In this document: one piece after another, positions 16,551 to 26,305 of the stretch | Layout: each line of letters opens with the position of its first letter | Numbering within the stretch: the first letter of the stretch is position 1 | IMG/VR virus record: IMGVR_UViG_3300037493_000570 | Span: 1 to 55,840 of that record | DNA: 55,840 bases | Source of the DNA: a virus | Taxonomy: Duplodnaviria > Caudoviricetes | Strand: one strand, 5' to 3' | The notes under the pieces: model-generated | Database searches by the model: none | Told to the model about the DNA's origin: nothing | The model's input: the letters and a program-made list of their open reading frames with translations, nothing else | Position numbers and translations under genes: made by a program

Positions 16551-19079
16551 ATGCGATTCTATACATCAGTTAACCGCTATGGCAACTCCCTTCTCTATCG
16601 TGGATATGAGGACGGTGTTCGCGTCAAACGAAAGATTCCTTTCAAACCAACCCTGTACGTTAAAGGTAAGGGTCGATCAAAATTCAATGCTCTCGATGGG
16701 ACCAATGTAGATCCTATCAAACTTCCTTCTATGCGTGATGCAAAGGAGTTTGTCGAGAAGTATGAAGGTGTTGAGAACTTCAACATCTATGGCAACACTA
16801 ACTACATCGCTCAATTCATTGCTGAAGATTTTCCCGGTGAAATTAAGTTTGATCGTAACCTAATTCGAGTTCACACTATCGATATTGAGGTTGCATCTAA
16901 TGAAGGCTTCCCAGAACCAGATCAAGCTGCACACACTGTAACTGCAATTGGTATCAAAGATAGCATTCTTAATGTTTACTTTGTATGGGCACTCGGCGAC
17001 TATGACACAGAGAAAGCAATCATGAAAGATTGCCAGATTCGTTATATGAAGTGCAAGGATGAGGTCACACTTCTAAAACAATTCATTGCCTTTTGGCATG
17101 ATGAATTCCTATGCCCCGATGTAGTAACAGGTTGGAACATTCGTACATTCGATATTCCATATCTTGTCAATCGTATCAATCGTTTGCTTGGTGAAGATGA
17201 AGCTAAGAAGCTATCACCTTGGGGAATGGTTGAAGCTAAGATGGTTACTATGCGTAAAGGTATGGTTCAGGTGTATGAGATCACTGGCATTGCTCAGCTC
17301 GATTACCTTGATCTATTCCAGAAGTTTGGATATTCCTTTGGTCCACAAGAATCATACAAGCTAGATCACATCGCCGAAGTTGTTCTTGGTGAACGCAAGT
17401 TGGAATACGATGGTAGTCTATACAGTCTATATCTCACCGATCACCAGAAGTTCATTGATTACAACATCAAGGACGTGTGGCTTGTTGATCGTATGGAAGA
17501 TAAGATCGCTATGATTACGCTGTGTTTGACTATGGCGTATAAGGCTGGTGTCAACTACTCTGATACGATGGGTACTGTTGCAATCTGGGATGCATTGATT
17601 CACAGAACTCTGATGGCCGATAACATCATCATTCCGCCAAACAAGAATAGTTACAAGACTGACTATGAAGGTGGATACGTTAAAGATCCTCAGTGTGGAG
17701 TTCATGATTGGGTTGCTTCATTTGACGTTAACTCACTGTACCCAAACATCATTGTGCAATGGAACATGTCGCCCGAGACTATTCTCAAAGGTGATATTGA
17801 ACGCAACGTCAATGTAGATACATGTCTTGCTGGTCTTAAGAATACGACAGATAAGTCTATGGCTGGAACTGGGCAATACTTCTCCAAGCAGAAGCAAGGA
17901 TTTATGCCGAAGATCATTGAAGAAATGTATGATGAACGTGTTGTGATCAAGAAGAAGATGATCGAATCCAAGAAGGAACTCGAGAAGTGTGATCGCACCG
18001 ATAAAGTAGAAGTGTATCGTATTGAACGTGACATCGCTCACTTTGAAAACCAACAGACTGCGATTAAGATTCTGTTGAATTCACTCTATGGTGCTCTTGG
18101 CAACAAGTACTTCCGTTACTTCACGATGGAAATCGCTGAAGGTATCACCATCTCAGGCCAGATGATCATTAAGTGGGGTGAGAAATACATCAACAAGTAT
18201 CTGAATGATATGCTCAAGACCGATAAGGATTATGTTATCGCTATTGATACCGATTCTATCTACGTAAGTCTCAATGATCTAGTTCATAAAGTCTATGGTG
18301 CAGACGGCGTAGTCTCTATGCCTAAGGATAAGATCGTAGACTTCCTAAGTCGTGTTTGTTCTAAGATCGAAACTGATGTATTCGATAGATGCTTTGGTGA
18401 ACTTGGTGATAACTTAAATGTTTACAAACCTCGTATCACTATGAAGCGTGAGGGTATCGCCGATCGTGCAATCTGGACTGCAAAGAAACGATACATTCTA
18501 AACGTATTAGATAATGAAGGAGTTCGTTATGCGAAACCTAAACTTAAGATCATGGGCATTGAAGCGATCAAGTCGTCTACTCCGGGCACGTGCCGCAAGG
18601 CTTTTAAAGAGTTGTTTCAAGTGCTCATCAGTGGCACGGAAGTACAAACTCAAAGCTTTATTCAAGAGTTCCAGAAGAAATTTGATTCCCTCCCCGCTGA
18701 AGAGAAAGCGTTTCCTCGCGGGGTATCGTCGCTCAAGAAATACAGTGATGCAAAGTTGATCTACAAGAAGGGTACACCTATCAATTCACGGGCTTCGTTG
18801 TTATACAATCACATGCTGAAGCTGCACAAGTTGGAAAATAAGTATGAGGCTATTAAAGAAGGTGAAAAGATTAAGTACATTTATCTTAATCCTAGGAATC
18901 CTATGCGTGAAGATGTTATTGCATTCACTAGTATTCTGCCTCCTGAGTTTGGTCTCCATCGCTTTATTGACGATACGGTACAATTTGAAAAAGCTTTTCT
19001 CGATCCAGCAAAGATTATCATCCATTCTATCGGGTGGAGAGCAGAAGAGGAAGCATCACTAGAGGATTTCTTTTCTTGA
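16551..19079 (+). CDS. gp43: Family B DNA polymerase gp43
   Basis: DIEV exonuclease motif, SFDVNSLYP, KILLNSLYGALGN, IDTDS, C-terminal SLEDFFS. Confidence 0.98.
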   Translation: MRFYTSVNRYGNSLLYRGYEDGVRVKRKIPFKPTLYVKGKGRSKFNALDGTNVDPIKLPSMRDAKEFVEKYEGVENFNIYGNTNYIAQFIAEDFPGEIKFDRNLIRVHTIDIEVASNEGFPEPDQAAHTVTAIGIKDSILNVYFVWALGDYDTEKAIMKDCQIRYMKCKDEVTLLKQFIAFWHDEFLCPDVVTGWNIRTFDIPYLVNRINRLLGEDEAKKLSPWGMVEAKMVTMRKGMVQVYEITGIAQLDYLDLFQKFGYSFGPQESYKLDHIAEVVLGERKLEYDGSLYSLYLTDHQKFIDYNIKDVWLVDRMEDKIAMITLCLTMAYKAGVNYSDTMGTVAIWDALIHRTLMADNIIIPPNKNSYKTDYEGGYVKDPQCGVHDWVASFDVNSLYPNIIVQWNMSPETILKGDIERNVNVDTCLAGLKNTTDKSMAGTGQYFSKQKQGFMPKIIEEMYDERVVIKKKMIESKKELEKCDRTDKVEVYRIERDIAHFENQQTAIKILLNSLYGALGNKYFRYFTMEIAEGITISGQMIIKWGEKYINKYLNDMLKTDKDYVIAIDTDSIYVSLNDLVHKVYGADGVVSMPKDKIVDFLSRVCSKIETDVFDRCFGELGDNLNVYKPRITMKREGIADRAIWTAKKRYILNVLDNEGVRYAKPKLKIMGIEAIKSSTPGTCRKAFKELFQVLISGTEVQTQSFIQEFQKKFDSLPAEEKAFPRGVSSLKKYSDAKLIYKKGTPINSRASLLYNHMLKLHKLENKYEAIKEGEKIKYIYLNPRNPMREDVIAFTSILPPEFGLHRFIDDTVQFEKAFLDPAKIIIHSIGWRAEEEASLEDFFS

Positions 19080-19651
19080 AAAATCTATCACACTATGTTA
19101 AAGTTTACAACGACGTTTTCCCTAAAGACTTTTGTAAATCAATGATTGATCGATTTGAAACGCTTGATACTACGACAGCGCCATCTATGCGAGTGTCTGA
19201 TCATTCTTGGGATAAAGATTACAGACGTTTTCTAGAAGTAAACATCAAACAAGAACCTGTATTCGCTGATCTAATAGATCCTTATTATGATCGTATTAAA
19301 GAAGTTTACGCGCATTATAAACAGATGGTAGGCGCTGAATTTTTTCCATCTAAGTTCTCACTTGAAGAAGCTAGAATGAAGAGGTATTTAAACGACGACT
19401 ACGAGCAGTTTGGTTGGCATGTCGACATTGGAGATAAAGCTTCGGCTAGTAGATATTTAGTTATGTTTACTTATCTAAATGACGTAGAGGAAGGTGGCGA
19501 GACTGAGTTTCAGTCTAATTCGAATTTTACTGTTAAACCTATATGTGGTACAATGGTCGTTTTTCCTCCATCGTTTATGTTTCCTCATAGAGGCAGAAAG
19601 CCAATAAGTAATTCTAAATACATTCTTTCAACTTATTTGCACTATGCTTAG
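19076..19651 (+). CDS. 2OG-Fe(II) oxygenase (prolyl-4-hydroxylase-like)
   Basis: WHVD, YLNDVEEGGETEF, FPP..FPHRG; start probably TTG overlapping the gp43 stop. Confidence 0.85.
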   Translation: MKNLSHYVKVYNDVFPKDFCKSMIDRFETLDTTTAPSMRVSDHSWDKDYRRFLEVNIKQEPVFADLIDPYYDRIKEVYAHYKQMVGAEFFPSKFSLEEARMKRYLNDDYEQFGWHVDIGDKASASRYLVMFTYLNDVEEGGETEFQSNSNFTVKPICGTMVVFPPSFMFPHRGRKPISNSKYILSTYLHYA

Positions 19652-20162
19652 CTTTAATCGCTTCTGATATTTTCTTACGATGTTCTAAACTTTTAGATTT
19701 TCCAAGATTAGATTTAGATATTTTATCTTTAACTTCCTCTGATCTTGGTATACCCTTGAGTGCTTTTGAAACCTTTTGTTTTCTTTCATCGCTCGCTGGT
19801 TTAAACTTTACTGTTCTAGGTTTAGACATTTTACGTTTAGTTTCTTCAGAATGTGGTCCATACCTAGGAGGAAGCGATTTACCATTTGTCATATTTAAAA
19901 AATCATCTCGTCCTAAAGCATTCATTCTTCGCAAAACTCTATGTTCCCATTCTCTTGCATCATCTACATTAGAGAATGTTTTACGTATTTCATATTCAAA
20001 TGAATCTTTTCCAGTTTCTTCTATAAGAGTTTTGACTTTTTTCGAAGAAGTAAAATATGTATTCCATAAATCATTTGGCTGACAATTCATTGCATATCGC
20101 ACCCCATAATACATTTTTCCAGTAGGAATGTGTTTAATTAGATATGTGTATGGAGTGTTCAT
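19614..20162 (-). CDS. GIY-YIG-like homing endonuclease with NUMOD3 repeats
   Basis: PYTYLI...YYGVRY, YFTSS, EIRKTF, WEHRVL, HSEETKRKMS. Confidence 0.8.
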   Translation of the reverse strand: MNTPYTYLIKHIPTGKMYYGVRYAMNCQPNDLWNTYFTSSKKVKTLIEETGKDSFEYEIRKTFSNVDDAREWEHRVLRRMNALGRDDFLNMTNGKSLPPRYGPHSEETKRKMSKPRTVKFKPASDERKQKVSKALKGIPRSEEVKDKISKSNLGKSKSLEHRKKISEAIKAKHSANKLKECI

Positions 20163-20191
20163 GCTAAGTGGTAAGATGGTTTATATAGATC

Positions 20192-20199
20192 TATTTATA
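20192..20199 (-). promoter_or_regulatory. Late promoter TATAAATA (antisense)
   Basis: TATTTATA on the + strand, ~30 nt upstream of 20162. Confidence 0.7.
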
Positions 20200-20207
20200 A
20201 AATAGAT

Positions 20208-20236
20208 TGTACTCTATATCATGTTTATGATATAAT
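20208..20236 (+). promoter_or_regulatory. Early-type promoter for uvsX
   Basis: TGTACT-17 nt-TATAAT. Confidence 0.75.
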
Positions 20237-20281
20237 AAACTATATTTTGTCAACATACTTACACTACGCATAAGGAAATCT

Positions 20282-21367
20282 ATGAGCTTACTAGATAAAA
20301 TCAAAAAAAATACAACGATTAAAGACTCCGCTATTCTCGCACAAAGCAAGTTCTTCACCAAGAAGGATATGATTCAAACGGCAATCCCAGCAATGAACGT
20401 TGCATTGTCCGGTGAACTTGATGGTGGATTCGTTCCAGGTCTCACGCTATGGTGTGGTCCTTCAAAACACTTTAAGTCCATGTTCTCTTTGATCATGGCA
20501 AAGTCCTACATGGACAAATATCCAGATGCAGTCATGGTATTCTATGACTGCGAGTTTGGTACTCCCACTGCTTACTTCACAGCACTTCAAATCGATACAT
20601 CTAGAATTCTACACGTTCCAATCATGAACATGGAAGAATTCAAGTTCGATGTCATCAAACAACTTGAGAATCTTGATCGTGGAGATCGAGTTATCTTTGT
20701 TGTAGACTCCCTTGGTAACATGTCTTCCAAGAAAGAAATGGACGATGCTCTCGAGGGCAAATCAGTTGCCGACATGTCTCGCGCAAAACAGATGAAGTCT
20801 ATCTTCCGTATGATTACTCCATATCTGAATCGTCTTGACATTCCAATGGTAGCTGTTAATCACATCTACATGGAACAAGGATTGTATCCTAAGGCTATCG
20901 TATCAGGTGGAACTGGCGTTTATCTTTCAGCGGATAACATCTACATCCTTGGTCGTCAGCAAGAGAAGGAAGGTACCGACATCATCGGTTACAACTTCAT
21001 TATCAACGTTGAGAAATCTCGTTATGTTCGTGAGAAATCTAAGATTCCAGTTTGTGTTAAGTTCGAAGGTGGACTAAGCAAGTGGTCTGGACTTCTAGAC
21101 ATGGCGTTGGAATCTAAGCATGTTATCAAACCTAGCAATGGTTGGTATGCAAAGGTAGATCAATCGACCGGCGAGATGGAAGACAAGAAGTGGCGCATCA
21201 AGGATACTGAATCGAAAGAATTCTGGGGTTCCATTCTTATGGATGCATCATTTAGAAACTGGGTTAAAGAACGTTATCAAGTATCACACGGCGATATCAT
21301 TAATGATCATGAAATTTTAAGTGAAATGGAAACATATGCAGAAGACAACACCCCTGAGACCGCATAG
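20282..21367 (+). CDS. uvsX: RecA-like recombinase UvsX
   Basis: NVALSG, GPSKHFKS, YDCEFG, DSLGN, SGGTG, VEKSR. Confidence 0.96.
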   Translation: MSLLDKIKKNTTIKDSAILAQSKFFTKKDMIQTAIPAMNVALSGELDGGFVPGLTLWCGPSKHFKSMFSLIMAKSYMDKYPDAVMVFYDCEFGTPTAYFTALQIDTSRILHVPIMNMEEFKFDVIKQLENLDRGDRVIFVVDSLGNMSSKKEMDDALEGKSVADMSRAKQMKSIFRMITPYLNRLDIPMVAVNHIYMEQGLYPKAIVSGGTGVYLSADNIYILGRQQEKEGTDIIGYNFIINVEKSRYVREKSKIPVCVKFEGGLSKWSGLLDMALESKHVIKPSNGWYAKVDQSTGEMEDKKWRIKDTESKEFWGSILMDASFRNWVKERYQVSHGDIINDHEILSEMETYAEDNTPETA

Positions 21368-21719
21368 AGTCTTAGGTAAAACTTCAGCGGATGGTGAACT
21401 TCATGCATTGTCGTTCACCACCGGTGATTTTGCCGATATCATCTTCTCATATACTGACGTTAAGTTTATTGAGAATGATGATGTATTGACCATTGCATTT
21501 GAATATCATTTGCATGACGTCCCTCACCACTTAAAAGACTTTGATAAAGAAGTCTTTGAAAAAGAACTTGGTGATTTTATAACAGCACTACTCTATTATG
21601 GAATAGAGCGTGACAAGATGGGATTTATTGATGGCGAACAAAATAGAGAAGACGATTCTATCGAATCTGATGCACAACGAAGCGTACTGCCGGAAGGTGG
21701 TACCTTTTCTAAAGACTGA
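21336..21719 (+). CDS. gp40-like head-vertex assembly chaperone (putative)
   Basis: T4 gp40 position between uvsX and gp41; FSY..VKF.E...FEY...LGD pattern. Confidence 0.55.
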   Translation: MQKTTPLRPHRVLGKTSADGELHALSFTTGDFADIIFSYTDVKFIENDDVLTIAFEYHLHDVPHHLKDFDKEVFEKELGDFITALLYYGIERDKMGFIDGEQNREDDSIESDAQRSVLPEGGTFSKD

Positions 21720-23028
21720 GTATTTCACAGATCACTTTGAAAAAGTAGTTGCACAAGAGTTAGTAGAGTTCTTTACTCAATATAATAAGCCAGCGTCACT
21801 CGACATCCTTGCGATTCAACTCGGCAATCGCAAGGATCTTCGTGGTGAACAGTTGAGTCAGGTTGAAGCTTATATCAATGAGCTTACATTCAAAACAGAC
21901 AACGATGAATGGTTGTACAAGAATACTGAAGCCTTCTGTAAGAAGCAAGCAGTGTATAACGCAATCATCGATTCGTTTGAAATCATCGAAGGCAAAGACA
22001 AAGTTCGTACGGAGGATGCTATTCCATCCATGTTGTCAGATGCTCTATCAGTATCATTCGACTCATCCGTTGGTCACGATTACCTTGAAGACTTTGAGGA
22101 ACGATACGACTTCTATAATCGCACCGAAGAGAAACTAGAATTCGATCTAGATCTATTCAATAAGATTACGAAGGGTGGTCTATCCAAGAAGACTCTTAAC
22201 GTTATCCTCGCAGGAACTGGCGTTGGAAAATCATTGTTCATGTGTCACGTTGCAGCCGGTGCTTTAATGCAAGGTAAGAACGTTCTATACATCACAATGG
22301 AAATGGCCGAGGAACGTATTGCAGAACGTATCGATGCAAACCTGTTGAACATGACGATGGAAGAACTTGGTAAAGTAACCAAGGACATCTATGAAACACG
22401 TCTCGGCAAGTTGATTAAGAAGACAGCTGGCAAGTTAATCGTTAAGGAATACCCTACAGCGGCTGCGCACTCTGGACACTTTAAAGCATTGCTTGAAGAG
22501 TTAAAGATGAAACGCAACTTCATGCCTGATCTGATTGTTATCGATTATTTGAACATCTGTTCATCTGCTCGTATGAAAGCTGGTGCTGGTGTTAATTCAT
22601 ACACCTTCATTAAGTCTATTGCAGAAGAACTTCGTGGTCTTGCTGTTGAGTATAATGTACCAATCTTGTCTGCAACACAAACGACTCGTAGTGGATTCGG
22701 TAATACTGACGTTGGACTTGAAGATACCTCTGAATCGTTTGGTCTTCCAGCAACTACCGACTTTATGTTTGCATTGATCTCTACTGAAGAGCTTGAGAAT
22801 CTTAATCAGATCATGGTTAAGCAACTTAAGAACCGTTACAATGATGTGAATTACTATAAGCGATTCGTGATCGGTGTTGATAGGTCTCGTATGAAACTGT
22901 ATGATGTTGAGGAATCAGCACAAAAGAATATCTCTGATGCTGGTCAAGATGATGGTCCAGCTTTTGATAAGACTTCATTTGGCAAAAGGATGAAAAGTGC
23001 GGGAGACATGGATAATTTTAAATTTTAA
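21631..23028 (+). CDS. gp41: Replicative helicase gp41 (DnaB-like)
   Basis: [43 protein letters not shown]. Confidence 0.96.
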   Translation: MANKIEKTILSNLMHNEAYCRKVVPFLKTEYFTDHFEKVVAQELVEFFTQYNKPASLDILAIQLGNRKDLRGEQLSQVEAYINELTFKTDNDEWLYKNTEAFCKKQAVYNAIIDSFEIIEGKDKVRTEDAIPSMLSDALSVSFDSSVGHDYLEDFEERYDFYNRTEEKLEFDLDLFNKITKGGLSKKTLNVILAGTGVGKSLFMCHVAAGALMQGKNVLYITMEMAEERIAERIDANLLNMTMEELGKVTKDIYETRLGKLIKKTAGKLIVKEYPTAAAHSGHFKALLEELKMKRNFMPDLIVIDYLNICSSARMKAGAGVNSYTFIKSIAEELRGLAVEYNVPILSATQTTRSGFGNTDVGLEDTSESFGLPATTDFMFALISTEELENLNQIMVKQLKNRYNDVNYYKRFVIGVDRSRMKLYDVEESAQKNISDAGQDDGPAFDKTSFGKRMKSAGDMDNFKF

Positions 23029-23665
23029 ATTTACAATTGCTAAAGTGCCATCTCTTCATTGCATTTCCCTTACCAATAGCATTACAATGTGGGCAAAAAG
23101 TTATACTTAAAGCCTGTGCCGAATTTGACATTTTTATTTTTGACTCTGTTGTCATTTTTCGGCCATTTAAAGATATTGAAAGTTTCAACTTAGTTTCTTC
23201 AGAAAGCGTTCTGCCTTTTAAAGAATTTGAAATTTGTTGTTTTCTTTCGACTGAAAGAATTCGACCTTTATTTGCGCTTGGTTGACCTTTTAATTTTTCA
23301 GAAATTGTCTTTTTAGTGAGTGTTGTATGCGGTTTAGTATGATGTCCTGGTTTTCCAAGTTTAGAATTAGAAATTTTTTTTCGTGATTCTAAACTTAATC
23401 CCAACATACCATCACCACCATCTGTTTTATTTATGAGTATGCCTGTAAAAAGATCTTTCCGACCCCACCATTTTATAAGTCTTCTTTCAATAGCTAAAGA
23501 ACCTAAATTTGTTAAGTTTGATTCTAATATTACTATTCTAGATTTATCTTTGGGGACTGAAACACCTGCTTGATGTTTACTGAAAGCTCTATTATTTTTA
23601 CCTTTGCCAATATAGTATGGAGTTCCATCTATACGAACATAAGCGTAGACGTAATAAATAAGCAT
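23018..23665 (-). CDS. GIY-YIG-like homing endonuclease with NUMOD3 repeats and C-terminal CPHC motif; start 23665
   Basis: [38 protein letters not shown]; SD AAGGAG. Confidence 0.85.
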   Translation of the reverse strand: MLIYYVYAYVRIDGTPYYIGKGKNNRAFSKHQAGVSVPKDKSRIVILESNLTNLGSLAIERRLIKWWGRKDLFTGILINKTDGGDGMLGLSLESRKKISNSKLGKPGHHTKPHTTLTKKTISEKLKGQPSANKGRILSVERKQQISNSLKGRTLSEETKLKLSISLNGRKMTTESKIKMSNSAQALSITFCPHCNAIGKGNAMKRWHFSNCKFKI

Positions 23666-23720
23666 GCTGGCACTCCTTAATAGTGTTAGAGCCCTTAGGT
23701 GTTCCACCACCGTGAAGGGC
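23666..23720 (-). promoter_or_regulatory. Structured 5' leader, copy 2
   Basis: Minus strand GCCCUU-CAC-GGUG-GUGGAA-CACC-U-AAGGGC-UCUAACACU-AUUAAGG-AGUGCCAGC-AUG. Confidence 0.7.
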
Positions 23721-23739
23721 ACTTTTTGATTGTATTATA

Positions 23740-23768
23740 TGTATTTATAATACAAAGTGTGTTATAAT
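23740..23768 (+). promoter_or_regulatory. Early-type promoter overlapping an antisense late promoter (23742-23749)
   Basis: TGTATT-17 nt-TATAAT on +; TATAAATA on -. Confidence 0.6.
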
Positions 23769-23785
23769 TGTTATTTGGAGAATAT

Positions 23786-24187
23786 ATGTCAATGAATTGG
23801 GTTAAAGACATGCAGGATATGCATGCAAAATTTGGTGTTAACACCGTCGTTCGTGGACTAGATAAAGCAAAGCTTACTGCGTTCATTCAATTTCGTATCA
23901 AGTTCTTGCAAGAAGAGCTTGATGAAATGATTGTGTCTGACAATGGTGATGATACCGTTGATGCATTGATCGATCTTTGTGTGGTTGCTATTGGAACTCT
24001 CGACGCTTTAGATGTTAATGCATACACTGCTTGGGATAGAGTGTTAGAAGCAAACATGGCAAAAGAAGTTGGTATCAAAGCAAGTCGTCCTAATCCATTG
24101 GGACTGCCTGACTTGATTAAGCCAGAGGGTTGGACTGCTCCAAGCCATGCTGATAATGTTGGACTGCTAAGCAAGGTACAAAAATAA
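23786..24187 (+). CDS. MazG/PRA-PH-like nucleoside triphosphate pyrophosphohydrolase
   Basis: LQEELDE, VDALIDL, VLEANMAK, DLIKPEGW. Confidence 0.85.
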   Translation: MSMNWVKDMQDMHAKFGVNTVVRGLDKAKLTAFIQFRIKFLQEELDEMIVSDNGDDTVDALIDLCVVAIGTLDALDVNAYTAWDRVLEANMAKEVGIKASRPNPLGLPDLIKPEGWTAPSHADNVGLLSKVQK

Positions 24188-25152
24188 TGTTTTCACTCAC
24201 CGTGTTTAAGTCAATCTTTGACAATAAGACGGACACTCGTATTGACTTTGAAACCTTTGAAAAGTTTGAGAAGTCACTGTACTACCTTTCTACGATTAAG
24301 GGATACAAGGCTAAGCGCGGTGAGTTTGTAAAACACGCATCGCCTCTTATATCACCGGCTGTTTATAAGCCGGACACTACTAGAGCAAATGCAAATGTAA
24401 TTGAATGGGCTGGCTGGGCCGCGCTCGATGTTGATAATGCAACCTATGATGGAGATCTTGAAGATGCCTTGGCTAAATTATATCCAGACATTTATTACAT
24501 TTGTTATTCTACTGCTAGCAGTACAAGGGCTACGCCGAAGTTCCGTCTCGTATTCCCACTTAACAGATCTGTTGGGAGTGAAGAGATCAAACATTTCTGG
24601 TTTGCACTCAACACAGAATTTGGCATGGTGGGAGATACCCAGACTAAAGACTTATCTCGAATGTATTACGTACCTGCGATATATCCTAATGCTCATAATT
24701 TTATCTTCACTCATCGCACTGATAAATTCCTTGATGTTGATGTTCTACTGAGTAAGCATCCATTCACTGCTCCAAGCACGTCTAGTTCTTTTATGGATAG
24801 ACTACCTGAGAATATGCAGAAGGAGATCATCAAGCATCGTCAACAGAAACTATCCGAAGACAAGAAAGAATTCGAATGGACTTCATATAACGACTGTCCA
24901 TTCCTAAGCAAGAATCTGATAAGTGACTATAAGACTATTTCTAGAGTGGATGGCTCAGGTCGATATTCTATGATCTATAAAATCATGACCAGCATTGCAT
25001 GTAATGCAATCAAACGTAAATACCCCATCACTGAATATGAAATCGTTGATATCGTTCGCAATTTGGATCGTGACACTAGCAATCGCTACGCTAAGCGCCC
25101 TCTTAATGTTGAAGCTTCCAGAGCTATTGAGTTCGCATATCGCAATGTTTAG
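24187..25152 (+). CDS. Archaeo-eukaryotic primase (AEP/PrimPol)-like protein
   Basis: WAALDVD (DxD), YSTASS...PKFRLVFPL, DTQTKDLSRMYYVP; helical C-terminal domain; lies after the helicase. Confidence 0.75.
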   Translation: MFSLTVFKSIFDNKTDTRIDFETFEKFEKSLYYLSTIKGYKAKRGEFVKHASPLISPAVYKPDTTRANANVIEWAGWAALDVDNATYDGDLEDALAKLYPDIYYICYSTASSTRATPKFRLVFPLNRSVGSEEIKHFWFALNTEFGMVGDTQTKDLSRMYYVPAIYPNAHNFIFTHRTDKFLDVDVLLSKHPFTAPSTSSSFMDRLPENMQKEIIKHRQQKLSEDKKEFEWTSYNDCPFLSKNLISDYKTISRVDGSGRYSMIYKIMTSIACNAIKRKYPITEYEIVDIVRNLDRDTSNRYAKRPLNVEASRAIEFAYRNV

Positions 25153-25181
25153 TGTACTTTAATTCGTCTTTGTGATATAAT
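25153..25181 (+). promoter_or_regulatory. Early-type promoter heading the modification block
   Basis: TGTACT-TTAATTCGTCTTTGTGA-TATAAT. Confidence 0.8.
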
Positions 25182-25206
25182 AGAATTTACTGAATAGGAT
25201 TACTAC

Positions 25207-25419
25207 ATGAATGAACATGACTATAATAACCTACAATTTTTACTAACCTCAAGCGAAGAAGTTATCGCTGATTGGTTTCTAAAAACCAGTGCTGATGATA
25301 TTGAATACGCTATGCAAATCATGGCAGCTGCAAGTAAAGAAATGAGTTTCATCACAGGCGAAATTAGTGACGATGATTGCACTGAAGCAAATGAAGTTCT
25401 GCAAAAGTTCATGCTATGA
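25207..25419 (+). CDS. Hypothetical protein
   Basis: SD AGGA; coupled to the next gene. Confidence 0.7.
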   Translation: MNEHDYNNLQFLLTSSEEVIADWFLKTSADDIEYAMQIMAAASKEMSFITGEISDDDCTEANEVLQKFML

Positions 25420-25850
25420 CTAATCAAGAAACGCTTGGAACTATTGGTGAGATTTATTACCAAGCTATCTTTGGTGGATTGCTTTCAGATTACAAATATG
25501 ATGGTGATAAAGACCTCGTACAAGCAGATGGACTTCAAGTAGAAATAAAAACACAAAGCCGCTTACGCGGTTCTAATGCGTTCACCGTCAATAAAGCAAA
25601 CGTAAATAACTTAAACAAGTGCTTGTATGTTGATAGATTAATTTTTATAGAATATAGTCTTAGTGATATAATAATTATATATGAATGTACTAATCGTAGA
25701 AGCGTATTTGGTACTTTAACAAATGATGGTCGTAATATGGCATGTTGGCCTATTGACCAAATGCAAATTCTTAAAAAAGTAAAACACCCAAAGCTCGCAG
25801 AAATTATGCGCAACTTCTCTAACTCTGAAACTCTAGGACATTTTGAATGA
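25416..25850 (+). CDS. Putative PD-(D/E)xK nuclease-fold protein
   Basis: GTIGE...DKDL...VEIKTQ; AT-rich codons. Confidence 0.5.
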   Translation: MTNQETLGTIGEIYYQAIFGGLLSDYKYDGDKDLVQADGLQVEIKTQSRLRGSNAFTVNKANVNNLNKCLYVDRLIFIEYSLSDIIIIYECTNRRSVFGTLTNDGRNMACWPIDQMQILKKVKHPKLAEIMRNFSNSETLGHFE

Positions 25851-26305
25851 CTGATAAACAATTTACTCGCTACTCTGCAAACGTACTTCTTGAAGCAGCA
25901 GCTATTCAAGAAAAGAAAGGCCAGGATTATCAGAATCCTTTGAGTCGCGTTCGCCAAGTAGATCACTACCCTCGTGGTGTTCATAGCATTCTCGACACAG
26001 TGAATGGCAAAGTTCTTCGTATGGTTTCGGTTCTTGAAACTATGGAAGCTGGCGGCAAAGTAAACTTTGAATCCGTTGAAGATTCAGCGCTTGATGCAAT
26101 CAACTATTTGTCATTTATCGTAGCATATATGCGTGGTGAAGTTGATGGACAGGATGGCACTAAAGACATCTTCAATCGCCGCATTAGTAAAGCAACGCAT
26201 CCAACAACTGCATTGACCCCAGAAAAGTTCAGACCACAAACTTCTGGTACAATTACTGTGAATAACGCCATGAGTTCAGGTTGGCCGGTGAAAGGTGCAG
26301 AATGA
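25847..26305 (+). CDS. Nucleotide-modification-associated all-alpha pyrophosphatase-like protein
   Basis: KKGQDY...K..R...ESVEDSALDAINY. Confidence 0.65.
   Translation: MTDKQFTRYSANVLLEAAAIQEKKGQDYQNPLSRVRQVDHYPRGVHSILDTVNGKVLRMVSVLETMEAGGKVNFESVEDSALDAINYLSFIVAYMRGEVDGQDGTKDIFNRRISKATHPTTALTPEKFRPQTSGTITVNNAMSSGWPVKGAE

Noticed and set aside
20163-20191. Third copy of the structured leader
   Set aside because: Only AGC-ATG and the late box are shared; the stems and UCUAAC are missing.
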